Positions 1 through 13,825 are shown, numbered from the stretch's first letter. The stretch: 64,000 nucleotides of DNA from Eledone cirrhosa (GCA_964016885.1 OZ024740.1:394320001-394384000), one strand, 5' to 3'. Made by a program: numbers and translations. Notes: generated by a model from the sequence alone, not told the origin.

Positions 1-55
1 TTGTAGATGAGAACCACGGAAATGATGCTGTGTCTGTTTGTCATTCATTATCGCT

Positions 56-235
56 GGATTGGCAGTATCGGTAGAGGGTCGGACGCCATGCTTTGCAGCG
101 CAGTTACGTCCCTTTACGGATTGCGTTTAAATCCCGCCGAGGTTAACTTTGCCTTTCATCCTTACGGGGGTCAATAAAATAAAGTACCAGTAATACACTG
201 GGATAATTGCTGGCCTTGTGCCAAAAGTAGAAACA
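56..235 (+). mobile_element. tRNA-derived SINE with Nin/Deu-type central domain
   Basis: A-box-like TGGCAGTATCGG, degenerate B box, central GCCTTTCATCCTTACGGGGGTCAATAAAATAAAGTACCAG; 9-bp TSD ATTATCGCT at 47-55 and 236-244; several further copies in the window. Confidence 0.85.
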
Positions 236-1123
236 ATTATCGCTAAACTTTAAATTTTCTTCTAGCTGTTAATGTCGGCTTTATTTTAACGATTCCACAA
301 CTCGACTGTGGTGTCTGGTTTTACTTTGTTACTAAGATACACAGTATGTAGAATTTTCCCGTATATTTTACTTTTTTACTATCAATAAAGCTTTTATGAT
401 CATGTATATATTTTTTCTAGCTTGTTTACGTTCAGCTGTTTAAATATATCATTTCTACATAATAATAGGGGTGTTAACAAATGTTTTCTGTCTTGGATTG
501 TTTTGTTTTGTGCAATATTTTTGCAATAACTCATTGTTGTAAATGCATGGTCAAGTGGCGAGATAGTGAAGTGCTTGTATGACTAATGTTATACATAAAG
601 CCATACATTTACAACATTTAGATTCCAAATTTCCTCTCTCGCACGATGTTTATTTAGTGACTTAAAGATTTGTACTTGGATGTTAATGAAGAGATTTTTA
701 ATTTTTACACGTATGAATACAGCGGTCGCAACGTGCGCCAATGTGATCATGCGTTCTATAAATATTAGCAGCTTCATTTGAGAGCATAGAACAGGGCCGA
801 CTGATTCTGGAAAACAACATTAATCAACGGCGTCTTATAAACTGCCCGAAATAACGTTTTGCCTTTTAATCTTTCAAATTTCATATGGAACGTTTTTTGT
901 AGTTCTTGATGTTGTGCTTTAGCCCAAGGCCTACTTTGATGGAGCAGACACATGATCAAAGGCATTTATGTCGCTACCCTCCCGTATTTTTAGCGGTATC
1001 TTGTACTACATTCTCCGATTTATTTCGTTAGTTTATGGCAGTTGGTGTGCGATTTCAGCGAGAAATCTCTACTATTATTTCTCACAGGTCAGACAACAAC
1101 CGAGATAGCTCTTTGTTGTCTCA

Positions 1124-1427
<304 letters not shown>

Positions 1428-1939
1428 GAGGTGCATAAGACACATGTTCTCTCACACGCATACACATAGTTACATACATATTTAAAGTTTGTAGTTGTAT
1501 CAGTTCTAACATGATAACAATCTAAGGCTATATCCATAAACTATCAGCCTGCTTGGAATGGCAAAAGGATTTTAAAACGAAAAAGCAATTCAATAACGAA
1601 AGTAATAAATACATTCTCTATAGAGCCAAAAATCTAAGAAAATACAAAGAAAAATTATGAGAATTTTTTTGTGGTTATTAATTGCATCCGGATACTCCAA
1701 AGTCTTACTTTTTGAAGACAACTCCTTCACGAAATAATATACGTCGTAAACAAATAGAAAATACATTTATTACACCAAATATATACAAACATGCATACAC
1801 AGGTCGACACATACACATACATACATTGCTGACAAATTTGTGTGCTTGTTTATATGTATTTATACATCCATGTATATGTGTATGTATTCTCTCCCCCCTC
1901 CTCTCTCTCCCTCTCGCTATATATATATATATATATATA

Positions 1940-2127
1940 AAACAAAAAAGATGTGGTAAAATACCAGGTGGACCATAACGCACCAGAGTACTCGATATTA
2001 GGGTAGTAGAGTGGGTAATATGAAAAGAGTCAGGACTCTGATGGCTGAGCTCCGGCCGTTTCGACAGCTTGATCTAGCTGTCGAAACGGCCGGAGCTCAG
2101 TCGTCGGGGTCCCGACTCTTTTTATAT
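1940..2127 (-). mobile_element. PLE-like 3' tail fragment with ~110-bp foldback
   Basis: Arms 2018-2069 and 2076-2127 are inverted; flanked by (TA)n; reverse-complement homolog at 21209-21342 and partial copy at 27072-27121. Confidence 0.6.
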
Positions 2128-2133
2128 GTATAT

Positions 2134-2185
<52 letters not shown>

Positions 2186-2485
2186 AATATAAAGTAAGTC
2201 CATAGAATCATTAGATAAATATATACAGTACTTCTTCTCCCAATCAGCATAAATTAACCACACAAAAAAATCATTTAAACGAGGCTATAGGTTTAAAATA
2301 TACCTATGAAGAAATAGTAGATAAATAATACAGCTCTTTATCCGCGATTCACAGCTATAGAAAATTTACCCATTATTTCTGATAGCCTGTAGAAATTGAC
2401 TAGACATATAGTTAAGCATACATAATTAGTTGTAAAATCAAAGTTAGAAGAAAAAATGCACATAAACATACGAAACTCATCAATA

Positions 2486-2570
2486 CATCTCTACTACCGG
2501 CAGTTTCATTCCGTTTTTGGATATATCCGATCTTGGATAAATCAACGAGGTTGGAAATCATCAGGAGATA
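2486..2570 (-). ncRNA. type I hammerhead ribozyme with extended stem II (PLE-associated)
   Basis: Minus strand: UAUCUC-CUGAUGA-U-UUCC...GGAA-U-GAAA-CUGCCGGUAG-UA|GAGAUG; 6-bp stem I; self-complementary stem III with G.U pairs; GUA cleavage triplet. Confidence 0.7.
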
Positions 2571-2999
2571 AACTCAATTAGACAAAGATTTTTCTTACAT
2601 GTACCCGCCAGAAACGAATTCAAAATGGCTAAGAATCGTCACGTGGCTAGTGGTCAAGGCAGAAAGTTTGTGATTGGTGCCTGTCGGCGAGTAGGCTGGT
2701 TGCTAGAAAGCGCAACCGAATACTGCCTAAAGTTTTACTCAACACTACGGGAGTATATAACATTTAAAGGGTATATACATATAAACTAGACAAGGCCATA
2801 GAAATATATCAACCCTTTCCCCACCTCCCGTATACTAACACCCACTAACACCCCCTTCATCAAACTACACACACACCAGTACACCACACTCCCTCCATAG
2901 AACTACACACACCCTTCTCTCCCCGCTCCACCCACACCCTCGCTCCACACTCACTCATCCCACTAACACCTCTACTAATACACACACACACCCTCCTCA

Positions 3000-3922
3000 C
3001 TCCAACTTTCACACCTACCCATCCTCGCCCCTTTACCATTCCACCCGACTGCTGCTATGCCCTCTGACCACCTCCCAGCACAAACAGACACACAGCACTC
3101 CCACCGCTTGACCACTTCCTGTTGCGTGCGCACCCCACATCTCTCCTCTTCCGACCATCTCTTCATGGAATACTCGTATGTGGAACTTGACCACCACGGA
3201 ATCTACTAAACATCATAGGAATTTACCAACATTTCAACCATCCTCTTACGGAATCACCTATATAACTCACCCACACACATACACCCCAAAAATTGTTTTT
3301 CTCCCACACGCCACCTACACCCACAACACGCTTAAACCCCACACACACGTGCTTTCCACCACATATTTACACCCTCAGCCTCCTGATTCCTCTCCCCCAC
3401 CCCTCTATCCACACACGCACAGACACTCCGACCTACAACCCCCCCCCCACACACACACCTCTTCCTGAACATGCACCCCCGTTCTTCCCCCAACCCTTAC
3501 TTTCACATACACACACACACCACCTTCAGCCCTCCCCGCTCGGACACCCCGTCTCCCTCTCCCCACTCCACCCGCCACCACCCCTACACACCCCACACCC
3601 TTCCACCACCTGTTTTACCCCTTTTTAATTTCAGTTTATTTTGATCATGCTTTTATATTTATTTTTATTTCATTCCTTTTATATTGATCATGCTTTATTT
3701 TTATTTTTATTTTTAATTTCACTCGCAACGTTTCCTTTCGCTATATGTCTCTCCACCACTCCCCTACACACCCTTTGAACTCTGTTCCCACACACTTTTC
3801 ACCTGAGGAAGGGCTTATGCCCGAAACGTCGTTCCCCACCACCACCCCACTCTCCAGAGCGTGAAATTAATAAACATTCGTTGTACTGCCTCTCTGTTTT
3901 GTTCCTGTTCACATTTTTCCAT
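3000..3922 (+). mobile_element. decayed Penelope-like element 3' end
   Basis: Weak GIY-YIG C-terminus-like peptides (DHFLLRAH, LPTFQPSSYGIT), C-rich 3' region, HHR core at 3803, AATAAA at ~3869, ends at (TA)n. Confidence 0.5.
3800..3833 (+). ncRNA. minimal type I hammerhead ribozyme core
   Basis: CUGAGGA-A-GGGC-UUAU-GCCC-GAAA-C-GUC; stem I only ~2 bp, so probably decayed. Confidence 0.6.
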
Positions 3923-3948
3923 TATATATATATATATATATATATATG

Positions 3949-4182
3949 TTTTTGGCAACCATTCACGGTGTGGCTCAATGACGAATTAATTAAATAATTA
4001 ATAATCAGAGCAATATATAAAGTAAGTCCATAGAATCATTAGATAAAATATATATAGTATTTCTTCTCCCAATCAGCATAAATTTCTGGCGAGGATCATT
4101 GGAAAATTCTTTGTCCAATTGAGTTTATCTCCTGATGATTTCCAACCTCGTCATTGAGCCACAATGTGAATGTTTGCCAAAA
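3949..4182. mobile_element. inverted-repeat-bounded PLE-derived mini-insertion
   Basis: ~35-bp IRs at 3949-3984 and 4148-4182; the interior repeats 2187-2253 directly and carries an inverted half of the 2486-2570 HHR (TATCTC-CTGATGA-TTTCCAACCTCG); sits in (TA)n. Confidence 0.65.
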
Positions 4183-4255
4183 TATATATATATATATTTC
4201 TATGGCCTTCTCTAGTTTATATGTATATACCCTTTAAATTTTATATATATATATG

Positions 4256-4287
<32 letters not shown>

Positions 4288-4449
4288 CAGTATTTACGTA
4301 TCGAGAAAGAGAAAAAAAGGGTAGGATAGGTGATACATATAGTTATTTGCCAAGTAGCGTATGCCAAAGGTGTTCGATACTAGTGCCGGCAGTATTAAAT
4401 ATTCGAAGTGTTAATATTTAGTGGGCTAGAGAGTTAGCAGAGCGTAAGC

Positions 4450-4557
4450 ACGTGGGAAAGTAAAAAATTGGAGAATAGAGCTGGGCGAAACGTACGTAGG
4501 TGCTGTTTTAAATAAACATGTTTTAACGGTCTATTCTCCGATTTTTTACTTTCCCAC

Positions 4558-4559
<2 letters not shown>
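4450..4559 (+). mobile_element. PLE tail fragment with inverted terminal copy
   Basis: 30-bp IRs at 4450-4479 and 4530-4559; half-HHR GAAACGTACGTA followed by AATAAA; abuts (TA)n. Confidence 0.55.
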
Positions 4560-4593
<34 letters not shown>

Positions 4594-4911
4594 TTAGAAA
4601 GTAATCGAGACGTAAACAAGAGAAGAAAAGTTTCCCTTCATCAGCTGTTTACTACGGATCTTAGATGTTTCAGCGCTTAAAACAGAACATTGATCCATAG
4701 CGCGCCTATGGCCTTTTATCCATCAAAAGGCCATGAGGGAAAAAAGTGATAGTGAAGAGAGAGGAAGAAAGATAAAGGGACGAAGAAAAAAAGGAAAAAA
4801 GGAAAAAAACGAAGTAAATATACCGATAGAAGGGGGAACACAGGACAATGGCACATGTATGTAAGTAACCGAAGAGAAAATAGATCAAGTTTTACCAAGC
4901 CTCTTTACCTA

Positions 4912-4968
<57 letters not shown>

Positions 4969-4969
<1 letters not shown>

Positions 4970-5682
4970 AACATGAGAAGAAAGAAGAATACTGCGTGGT
5001 TGCACATAGGTTACATATGATAAAAATAGTCCTTCGTCAGTGATTTTCCAACCATCATTGGTATTCCATCGCATTAAAAATCATATACCTCAGGTTGGTA
5101 CGAGCAATAACTAAAAAAGGTTATTGGGATCAGTAAATTGCGTAAAGCGAGGGGGACAAGTGAACAACATAGAAGGATAAAAGCAAACCAAAGAAAGGAA
5201 ATAAACAAGCAACATGGTAGTCCTGGTCAGCATAAGCTGGGCGGATTTCATGAGCGAAAGGTACAGACACGTCCAGTGTGAGTGGGATGTAAGCAAGAAG
5301 AGACCCACTGTTAGCCAAACGAGAGGAAGTGAGAAGGGGAGAAACAGAGAGTGAGTGAGTGGAAGTGTGAGGAAGCGGTCAGTCGAGAGAAAGTGTAACC
5401 GACAGAGGGGGGCGAAAGAAGGTGAGAGAAACAGAGAGAACGGGAAGCAGTAAGAGAGAAACAGACAAACGCAGCCGAGGTGAATATATATAAAAAACAT
5501 GAGAAGAAAGAAGAATACTGCGTGGTTGCACATAGGTTACATATGATAAAAATAGTCCTTCGTCAGTGATTTGCCAACCATCATTGGTATTTCATCGCAT
5601 TAAAAATCATATACCTCAGGTTGGTGCGAGCAATAACTAAAAAAAGTTATTGGGACCAGTAAATCGCGTAAAGCGAGGGGGA
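4969..5682. repeat. ~188-bp direct repeat pair (pLTR-like), period 526 bp
   Basis: 4969-5156 and 5495-5682 are near identical; each has a truncated minus-strand CTGACGA-AGGAC half-core. Confidence 0.8.
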
Positions 5683-7493
5683 TACACACACATACATATA
5701 CATATTGCTGAAATATTTTATGCATTTTTGTTAACCTCGCAGTGAAAGTATCATGCCACGATCTCTCTTCATATTCCGACATACTGTCGACATCTGATAG
5801 TAGAACATGCAGCATTTACTACCAGATGGCCTGTTTCCAAATGACAAATGATGACACTAGATAATGTTTTGCTCTGAAACAATGCCCAGCACATTTTACT
5901 ACTTGTTGCCTGATTATTTGTAATAGAACTAGTAAAGTATCTTCTAGATAGAACCGTGTTTTCTTATCATTCGATCGGGCCTCATCTGCGGTAAAACCAC
6001 AACAATATATAATAATAATAGTCCTATGCAGAGCACCGATAGACGTTCTCCTAGAGCGTTGTTTCATGAAAATAATAGTGCTATTTAATCACTGAACTAT
6101 GCTCCTCTGTTGATTCTATCCAGTTTGCATGATTTAGCTAAATATATGTGATTCAGTACTCAGTTCTATAATGTCATTCAATATATTTTAGAAAACAATA
6201 TTTTGGGATGTTATAACGATAATAAATTTCGCATTGGTTTTAATGACTAAAAACGGGCCAGGAGCTGTATTCAAACAAAAATTGAAAACAAGATAATTAT
6301 CTTGTCTTCAAGATATGACTGTGGCTCAAAGTGGCTTTATATCACTGTCTTGGACCAGCAAAAATATAAGCGTATTGATTTTTATATTATCAAAAGGATT
6401 CAGATTTGAAGGAAAGCATGTAATCAATTGAATCTACTTATGGATCAGGAAAAGCAAAGATTACAACGGTAGAATTTCAACTGGCAGTATCAAAATTGAA
6501 TTATTTAAAAATCTCATTTGATGTTCAAATACTTTTATCATTTCACTAGCATATCGATTTTTTGCATTGTATTTTCTTCATTGAACTTCGAGGGATGAAA
6601 ATCAAAATCGACTTCGGCTGGCCTGATCTCAAAATGTAAAGGGATTTTACCATTCCCTCTAGCATTTCTGCCGCCTGATTTTCTATGAGGCAGCGTCAAA
6701 GAGGTCGCTTAATTTGCCAAATGTAGTAACCAAATCTCCTTCGAATTATACCCGCCCATCTGCAAGTAATGGGTAATAAAGTCTTAGATATAATGTCTGA
6801 AAAGAAGACGGGATGTTCACGCCCGGATCATCTTTCATAATTGTTAGGATGACACGAGGGCCAATCAACAATAACAAATTTTGCTGACTAATCTAGTAAA
6901 TGCAAATCTGACGTGATTTTGATTTCTATTTAACTAGTATGAAACATCACGTTTACCAAACAATCCCACGTCATATACTACAGGTCTGACACTCACCTCT
7001 GCTTCTCGGAAAATATTGACACAGACAAACTGAATCCATTTACATTTCTTCTTGAATGTCCATCATTGTGTTTTACATATTGTTTAAAAGGTTTTATTTG
7101 CATTGTTAAATATTTGAGAACATAACGTATGTCATCTTCTTTCTTGGCAGCCTTAAATTTTATGTTAATGGAAGAAACATTTATACTTATATCTAACTAT
7201 CTATAACAAGAAACCGTCGTGAGTTACGATTGTCAAACAGAAATATTTACAATATATAACAAATACAACTGTGAAACGCTAGATTTCACATCCACCGAGG
7301 TAGTTTTCTCTATAATATTGATTCCTTATATAGACTGAAATGATTGGGAAGAGAACAGTCGATTATATCAATCCAGAATATCAAAGGCAAAGTTGACTTA
7401 TGAATACTAGCGATTTTGCCAAACGACAGCCCTAACATTTATGTCATATAAACGAAAATACAATCTTTGATTATGTGTCTTTAGATAAACACG

Positions 7494-8060
<567 letters not shown>

Positions 8061-8637
8061 AGGTAGAACACTGGAAGGTAATATCCGTAGTGGTAGAGCA
8101 TATAAGTATACATGTACGCTTCAGTACACACACACAAATAGATGAGCATCTGTGTGTGTACATATCCATATGCACGTCTCTCTGTATGTATGAGAATATT
8201 AGTTGCTGATCCCGATATTTTTATGGAAATGGCAGCGACATGATAGTCTATTGCGTTATTGCACCGCTAGATTATAAATGATAGTGTTCTTGAAGCAGTA
8301 TAGTTTTTTTCCTTTTCAAATACGAAACTATGAAACATAAAACATTCTTCTATGGATGATCTTTTACCCTCGTTTCAGATCATAAGTGTTATCCCTTTTA
8401 TTTTTAGTCTGAATGAATTCCCTCATAATGGCATACTTTTTCCGCCAGAGTGAAATGATGTTACAGAATTACTACGAGTCTCTTTGTTTTTATTTTACAT
8501 ATTATTTGTTTCGCTGGATTGAATTTGCATATAAATGTGTGTCTGTGTTGGGGGAAGGGGAGGAATGTATGATTGTATGATTGGTCGGGAGGAGGGCTCA
8601 TCAATGTTAGGAATTATATATATATATATATATAAAA

Positions 8638-8722
<85 letters not shown>

Positions 8723-8730
8723 TGTATATG

Positions 8731-8831
8731 TAAGGTGTCCTCAAAAAATGTATACATCCTTCAACAGTATTCTTATAAATATTGCCTGTACAGGTAATGA
8801 AAGTGTGTATGCAGTTTTTTGAGACATCCCG
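8731..8831. mobile_element. Tc1/mariner-like MITE (degenerate)
   Basis: Imperfect TIRs AGGTGTCC...GACATCCC; the interior is the reverse complement of the MITE interior at 55162-55239. Confidence 0.6.
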
Positions 8832-9271
8832 TGTATATATATATATATATGCTTTACGTGTGTGTTTGTGGGATGTGGGGGTAGTTGGGGGGGGGGGGGG
8901 TATATGTGTGTGCACGCGTGTGTGTGTGTGTAAACTGCATAAACATAGCTCTTGGAATTGAATAACCAAATAATAACAGTGGCAGCTGAAATATTCTAAG
9001 CCTTGTTTGTATCATATTCGGTCTTTATTTTCTATTTTTTGTTCAGCTATTATTACTTTATTATGTTCATATTTACATTTTAATTGTGAATTTCTTCACA
9101 AAGATGACTATATTTAAAATAGTAGAAAAAATGTTACATGAAATTGAGTAGATCTTTCTTTGGATTTATAGATAACTCCAAACCATTCTGTATCGAAAAC
9201 ATCTAAATAAGTTTAGAATTTGGTGAAATATAATAAAACTAAAAACCAACAACAACAACAACAACAACAAC

Positions 9272-9326
<55 letters not shown>

Positions 9327-9585
9327 TAAAGTAAGGGTTACGTGAAAGGAAAAGTAATAAAATGGCGGAAAGTTTCAGAATAGATTTCTGCAAAAGCAAC
9401 AGGAATTTGAATATAATAACATTGATATTATACATATTACTAGTATAACAAAGGAGAGGGCAAAAGAAAAAAAGGAGCGGAATGTTCGGAAGCAAGGAAT
9501 AATTGCTGCCGTTGACGACGGTGATTTTTATATATTTGAAAATAACTGTTATTGCAAAAACTACGTTCAAAATACATAAACATAT

Positions 9586-9691
<106 letters not shown>

Positions 9692-9699
9692 GTATATAT

Positions 9700-9900
9700 A
9701 TAGTTATATTATTATATTTAGGGATAGTCATGCTGCCAGTATTACCATAAAAAACACGCGCACGATATAATGCTCACTTTTTCACTATCTTTATTACTAT
9801 TAATAGGTTAGTTCATCACAATTCTTTCGTCACACATCCTGTGACCTCCTCAATGCCTATATGTTCTCAGTTGTGCGTATTCTTCTTTCTTGTCTTAATT
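9700..9900 (-). mobile_element. PLE pLTR fragment with degenerate HHR (family of 11405 and 18925 copies)
   Basis: Minus strand UUGAGGA-G-GUCACA-GGAUG-UGUGAC-GAAA at 9815-9857; shared tail TGGCAGCATGAC next to the microsatellite. Confidence 0.55.
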
Positions 9901-10204
9901 TCTTACTCCATCATGTTTCTATTTATTTCATTTTCTTTTTAGATTAAGTCCCTTGAGAAGTGGGTGCACAAACGAGAACAGTTAGTCACTAAGGAGCGGG
10001 TAACTGAGACTGCCCCAATGTGTATATGAATATATATGAATATACTACACATTTTTATTATGTCAGAAAATACGAATCTCACTGTAAATTAATCTATTTG
10101 TGCCCTCATCAGAAGGAGTGTATATCATTCATCAAGCACAAGAAAACATGTATTTGATGGGCTTATAGACTCATTCGTTCTTAGTACTATTCTGAAATGG
10201 ACGT

Positions 10205-10419
10205 GAGGTGGCTTGGTAGTATCGGTAGAGGGTCGGACGCCATGGTATACAGCATATAGTTACGTCCCTTTATGATCTGAGTTCAAATTCCGCCGAGGTT
10301 AGCTTTGCCTTTCATCCTTTCGAAGTCGATAAAATAAAGTACCAGTCACGCACTGAGGTCGATTTAATTGACTTACCCCTCCCTCAAAATTGATAGCCTT
10401 GTGTTATATAAGAAACCAT
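10205..10419 (+). mobile_element. Nin-domain tRNA SINE, full length
   Basis: A box, B box GAGTTCAAATT, Nin core; 17-bp TSD TATTCTGAAATGGACGT at 10188-10204 and 10420-10436. Confidence 0.88.
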
Positions 10420-10635
10420 TATTCTGAAATGGACGTAATAATTTGCATATAATTAGTGATCGTTGGTAGCTAATTAACATATATATTAAAACGTGCGCTA
10501 GCAGACGCGATGCAAGATAAGGTTATATCTGTATATATTCAGAGTGGGTAAACTTGACTGATGCAATGTGTATATAAATATAAAAATATATATGTATGCC
10601 TATATAAAGAGGGTAAAGACGACGCAACTCGTTTC

Positions 10636-10772
10636 TACAGCTGAGTAGATAGGGACAACTGGAAAACAATATCTTGCTCAACGACAGAGCTTATCATCTG
10701 ATTTGGGAATCGAACTTAGAACCCCCGCAGCAGAAAGCCTAACGCTTTAACCACTAACCTATGTGCCTTCAC
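10636..10772 (-). mobile_element. degenerate tRNA-derived SINE (related to the 25974-26261 family)
   Basis: Minus-strand head GTGAAGGCACATAGGTTAGTGG...AGTTCGATTCC followed by TGAGCAAGATA. Confidence 0.5.
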
Positions 10773-10850
10773 ACAAAGACACACAGACATATATATATAT
10801 ATATATGTGTGTGTATGCGTGTATATATATATATATATATATACACGCAT

Positions 10851-10895
<45 letters not shown>

Positions 10896-11272
10896 ATATA
10901 TATTATATATATATATATATACACGTGTATGTGTGTGTGTGTGTGAGAATGTATATCCGTATACAAGGTTCAGCTTATTGAATAAATGTGTCCTGTAACA
11001 GACTCAATATTTCATTGATTCAACAACAATCTAAAATATATGTATCAAGATTCGTATTTGTTTAATGGAACATTGACCGTTTCCAAGCTACCAAAACATG
11101 CTCTGCAAGAGGACCCTATTTTATACATTCTAATATTATTCAATAGAGTAGTATTGGAAATAATAAAACATCCATTGCTTCTCCGATTACTATGTTTTGT
11201 ATGCGAAAACCGGTGGAGCATCGGTCTATCCTTAGGAATACACTTATTTCTCAAAAGCATAACACAACCAGC

Positions 11273-11303
<31 letters not shown>

Positions 11304-11404
11304 CGCTTTTGAATTTGTTTTGCGAGATTTCTTATCTGAAGACGTGTGTTGAAACAGATATTGTTATATTTTGGGACGGTTATGCTGCCAATAAAAACAC
11401 AGTG

Positions 11405-11611
11405 TAGGACAGCACAAAGGAGAGACACGAAATAAAAACCTAGTTACTGAGGAGGTCACAGAATATGTGATGAAAGAGCTTTAATAATATATAAACAACC
11501 CTCCAGTTATCGAACTAACCAACCAACCAACAGAAAACGTATAATAAATTGAAGAGAAAACCAACTTGTGCGTGTGTTTTCATTGGTAGCATGACCCCCC
11601 TAAAGTATAAC

Positions 11612-11612
<1 letters not shown>
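11405..11612 (+). mobile_element. PLE pLTR fragment
   Basis: Homologous to 18925-19170; contains an HHR and (CAAC)n; ends ATGACCCCCCCTAAAG then (TA)n. Confidence 0.65.
11443..11485 (+). ncRNA. type I hammerhead ribozyme
   Basis: GUUA-CUGAGGA-G-GUCACA-GAAUA-UGUGAU-GAAA-GAGC-UU|UAAU. Confidence 0.7.
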
Positions 11613-11663
<51 letters not shown>

Positions 11664-11685
11664 CATACATATATATATATATATA

Positions 11686-13224
11686 TTTAATACAATAACA
11701 GAGATAGTTTAAAGCTAAACTCTGACTGGTAACCATCTCACTCAACAAACATTAGGTTATATTAAAATATAAACCCAATTTAAGTGTTTGGGGTGCTAAC
11801 AAAATGTATAATGTGGAAAACCAGTTGTTTCATTATAAGTTTTCTACAAGTTTGGGAGAATCTTTCCAGTTTATGTAGAAGCCTAATATATATTCATGTA
11901 AGAATATATTTAGGTGGGCACTTATAAATCGTCAGTGGAAGCCCATTAAACATTGATATAAGAAAACAAATTTCTTACCGCTGTCAAAAATCATGTCCGT
12001 AAATTAGCTCTCTCTCACCTCGAATGACCGCCAAATTTGAAATTCCAGCAGTTTTTGACTGAGGAAGTATCATAGCGACACGAAGCGGGAAGGGGAGACA
12101 ACCCACGAAATGAGGAAAAAAATAATATACACGCGGGTTAATTAGTTTTTTTGAAAACATTATCAATCCGACGTGTTTAAGAACTCAATTGAAAATAAAA
12201 AATAAATATTTGCTTGTATAAATTACACACGCATATAGATATTTTCTTAGGCTAAATCAGAAGTTGTACCCGAATAAGAACCGCTTCTCATAACCGCAGT
12301 AAATGCAGAAAGTTATGCTATAAAGGGCAAATGGGAATATAATTCTCCGGCCGAAATATTAAGAGTAAAATTTAAAACACACGCGGGTTAATTAGTTATT
12401 ACAAAACCAATATTAGTTCCTCGTGTAAAGAACTCAATTAATAAAAGAAAATAAATACACATATGCATGTAATTATATACGTAGGCATATATATATATTT
12501 TCCTAGGCTAAAAAACAGAGAAGTTACAACCAAAAAAGCAACAATATTTCACAACAGTAAAATACGGAAAGTCAAACTCATAAGGTACCTGGAAATAAAC
12601 ACCTCTGGCCAATCAAGAGTAAATATTTAATACAATAACAGAGATAATTTAAAGCTAAACTCTGACTGGTAACCATCTCACTCAACAAACATTAGGTTAT
12701 ATTAAAATATAAACCCAATTAAGTGTTTGGGTGCTAACAAAATGTATAATGTGGAAAACCAGTTGTATTATTTTATGAGATATAATTAAAGTTAAAGTAT
12801 ATCTCTCTTTCCAAACAATTGTTTACTTATAAGTTTTCTACAAGTTTGGGAGAATGTTTCCAGTTTATGAAGAAGCCTAATATATATTCATGTAAGAATA
12901 TATTTAGGTGGGCACTTATAAATCGTCAGTGGAAGCCCATTAAACATTGATATAAGAAAACAAATTTCTTACCGCTGCCAAAATTCATGTCCGTAAAGTA
13001 GCTCTCTCTCACCTCGAATGACCGCCAAATTTGAAATTCCAGCAGTTTTTGACTGAGGAAGTATCATAGCGACACGAAGCGGGAAGTGGAGACAACCCAC
13101 GAAATGAGGAAAAAAATAATATACACGCGGGTTAATTATTTTTTTTGAAAACATTATCAATCCGACGTGTTTAAGAACTCAATTGAAAATAAAAAAATAA
13201 ATATTTGCTTGTATAAATTACACA

Positions 13225-13230
<6 letters not shown>
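11686..13230 (-). mobile_element. tandemly duplicated PLE-like pLTR (period ~940 bp)
   Basis: 11686-12236 and 12626-13230 are near identical apart from a ~45-bp indel; diverged internal sub-repeat at ~12378-12520; each copy has a damaged minus-strand HHR; bounded by (TA)n. Confidence 0.7.
12809..12934 (-). ncRNA. type I hammerhead with branched stem II and a core mutation
   Basis: UUCCA-CUGACGA-U-UUAUAAG...CUUAUAA-GUAAA-CAAUUG-UU|UGGAA; the sister copy at 11825-11940 keeps U-GAAA but has lost the 3' side of stems III and I. Confidence 0.6.
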
Positions 13231-13298
<68 letters not shown>

Positions 13299-13418
13299 TG
13301 TGTAATTTATACAAGCAAATATTTATTTTTTTATTTTCAATTGAGTTCTTAAACACGTCGGATTGATAATGTTTTCAAAAAAAATAACTAACCCGCGTGT
13401 ATATTATTTTTTTCCTCA
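13105..13418. repeat. ~314-bp near-perfect palindrome centred on (TA)n
   Basis: Arms 13105-13228 and 13295-13418 with one mismatch seen; the ORF track gives identical 61-aa ORFs on both strands. Confidence 0.92.
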
Positions 13419-13528
13419 CGGCATAAATTCAGGCATAAATTCAGGCTGTTCAGTTTGTTTACAAACGAACAAAGCGGGCGCTATAATAAGCGTCCGCTAA
13501 ACTGATACGTACATATATGTATGTGTAC

Positions 13529-13593
<65 letters not shown>

Positions 13594-13743
13594 TGCTACT
13601 GTACGTCTGTATACATATATGTATGTACGTATACATACATACTTACATTTAAGTAAGTGCCGTATTAAGAGTGAGAAATGAAATTTCGTTTTCATTTTAT
13701 TACAACTTGTCGTTCTCGGTACGCCTGGCCGGACTCATTCGAT

Positions 13744-13751
13744 ATGCAAAT
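13744..13751 (+). promoter_or_regulatory. octamer motif ATGCAAAT (also at 14204-14211 and 14658-14665)
   Basis: Exact match ~80 nt upstream of each HHR; function is inferred only. Confidence 0.3.
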
Positions 13752-13825
13752 TAGGCTGCTCAGCCGTTAATTTTCATAAGGAAAGTATATACTTTCGAAC
13801 GTTCAACCATCTGGCAGAAGGGTAT

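Noticed and set aside
56-140. tRNA gene calls for SINE heads (also at 10205, 19628, 26261)
   Set aside because: A/B boxes are present but there is no cloverleaf, and they continue into SINE bodies with TSDs
5690-6130. Possible mariner transposase remnant
   Set aside because: Only a vague resemblance; no clear DD34D/E motifs or TIR pair
12059-12090. Plus-strand CTGAGGA...GAAG hammerhead-like motif (also at ~13053)
   Set aside because: GAAG instead of GAAA, with no stem I or III; a better HHR lies on the minus strand of the same element
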